In this document: piece by piece, positions 62,117 to 64,000 of the stretch
Layout: every line of letters begins with the position of its first letter
How positions within the stretch are numbered: the first letter of the stretch is position 1
Source: Stegostoma tigrinum
Lineage: Eukaryota
Direction of reading: 5' to 3'
Assembly: GCF_030684315.1 (NCBI RefSeq)
Contig: NC_081378.1
Span: 34,334,252-34,398,251, forward strand
Length of the DNA stretch: 64,000 nt
Notes under the pieces: model-generated
Database searches by the model: none
What the model was told of the DNA's origin: nothing
What the model saw: the letters and a program-made list of their open reading frames with translations, nothing else
Translations under genes and position numbers: made by a program

Positions 62117-62719
62117 GCGTGAGTTATAACCCCCACTGCAAAGCCTCTTCTAAGGATGCCCTCCTAGAAGAAGTTGTCCTCCGGCAAGAAATATAACTGT
62201 TCTTGTTTCAAGTAATTCGCTTTTAAATGTAATAATTATGTGAGCAAAGTGTTAAACAGGAATACCCTGCATTCTTTGGATGCTATCAATTAATCTTTAT
62301 ACATGTTGAATGGCAAAGGCTAAAAATCAATAAGAAATGTAGGTTAATTTTAAACAGACCACTAAACTGTTGAAGAATCTCAGAATTCAGGGAGACTGTT
62401 CAACCCACTATGCACATGCTAGCCCTCTGCAGTAGTGAGTGCCACTTCTGTGCCTTCTACCAATTGTCCTGCACATTTCTCCTCATCAGAAAATCATCCA
62501 ATCCTTTCTGAATGTCTTGAAACCATTTGCCTCTACCATGTTTGTAGGCAGCACATTCCTGATCCGAAAAACTCAATGTGTCAGACGGATTTTCCTCCCT
62601 TCGCCATTACTTCTCTTACAAATCATCTAAAGTCTTGGCATTTTTAGGTCTCAATCGGAACCAATGGGAACAGTTTCTCTCCATCCTGAATACTTCTATC
62701 AAATATGTTCCAGACCAGA

Positions 62720-64000
62720 TTAGTCATCCTCAACAAATGTGAGAACATCAACAAAATGCAGGCCATTCTTAATGATGGGTGCAAATTTGTATCCATTTGA
62801 CCTGCCTGTCATCATTACAAGACAGCCTTACTCTAAAGCAAGCTAAGAGCGCAACTTGTATACGTGCAATGGGAAGTCAGTTGATATATATGACAGGGTT
62901 TGTTCATATATGCACACAAAAGCGATGTCCCTTTTACTCCCAATCTCATGTGCTTAACATGAACTGCCACATGATTGAGCAAAATCGCTATGAGCAAGTT
63001 TTCCACATGCACAATGAGGGATTTTTTTCTCATTTGCAAGGGCAATTTAGCTCTTGCATATTGATAGCAATGCAGCATCCATGTGTTCATTTGACATTGC
63101 TAGCCTCTTCACCAACGTACCACTGACAGAAACCACAGGCATTTGAACCACAGCACTGTTTCATGGTGATCTCGACCTGCTACCATAGTATGAATCAGCA
63201 GTCATCAAACTCATGAACACAGCAATTCGTGAAACTGGGTTTAGCATTAATAACATGACACACCCAAATAAATGGGATTCCGCTAGGCTCAGCTCTCAAA
63301 CATCATTGTTAAGCACCACAAAGAACAGGCCTTGCATATTTCTGATACGTTGATGATCCATTTTCTATATTCGAATCCACTGCTGCATGTTAGAGTTTCC
63401 TTACATGTCTTAATGTTAGTGCACACAAAAACAGCTTTGAAATGAACAGTCTAATGAGCTCCTTTTTCTCAACGTCCCAGTTGAGCAATCAGCCAAATGG
63501 TCCTCTACTGCAGTCTTCTGCAAACCTAACTTCACTGGTCAGTTAGGAATCCTGCAGTTCCATGTCCTATAAGATTAATCTTCTTGGTAACCTTGTAAAT
63601 AGGGCCCAAGTCATTTGCCCATTGTGTAAGCTTAATACCAAAACAGCGTACATCAAAATGACTATCCTGATCAGATCTGTTCTCATTGAATATCACAAAA
63701 ATTCACAAATGGGCCTACGAGTCCCTAGTCTACCTCAGATTATAGTGGTAAGTAATCCTAAACAACTGGTGAAGTTATAGCTGTTTCACAATGCTAATAC
63801 ACAATAGTAAGTTAAGCAGTATTTGCTACTAACAGGATGCTGCTGTGGAACCAAAAATCTTCTGCCTGTCACACAAATGAGTTATGTGGTCTATGAATTT
63901 CAGTATCAGTGTGGAGGTTGTACATACCAATCAGTGTCAGATTATATCAAGCAGCAATTACTGACCATATGCAACCAGCCCATACTGGCAACAATCAACA
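62720..64000 (+). mobile_element. Degraded Penelope-like retroelement (RT, linker, start of GIY-YIG), running off the window end
   Basis: MCSFDIASLFTNVPL (about 63080), QINGIPLGS, YVDD (about 63345), KPNFTG, KINLLGNLVNRAQVIC and VVYEFQ motifs across frameshifts. Confidence 0.75.

Overview
Vertebrate genomic DNA, AT-rich and repeat-dense. The HE1-type SINEs, esterase-ORF1 CR1 LINEs and Penelope-derived hairpins suggest a cartilaginous fish (shark); this is inference. The window holds two convergent spliced genes that the ORF track mostly misses. On + are the last 8 coding exons of CELSR1 (TM6-TM7 and the cytoplasmic tail ending ...GSNETSI*, 3131-18989). On - are TRMU/MTU1 (mitochondrial tRNA 2-thiouridylase) coding exons 2-11 (56633 down to 38051); exon 1 was not found and is presumably beyond 64000. 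All exon phases chain correctly. The rest is transposon-derived: CR1, L2, Rex1/Babar, RTE, Penelope, Gypsy LTR, PIF/Harbinger and SINEs. Highlights: (1) a family of Penelope-derived hairpin insertions with 11-14 bp TSDs and hammerhead-ribozyme cores; (2) one GC-AG intron in each gene, both with the donor AG|GCAAGT; (3) a probable three-way CELSR1 C-terminal PDZ-ligand switch; (4) a recursive-splice-site/poison micro-exon signature in TRMU intron 1; (5) a near-full-length CR1 nested in a Gypsy LTR. I found no convincing wholly new multi-gene system.
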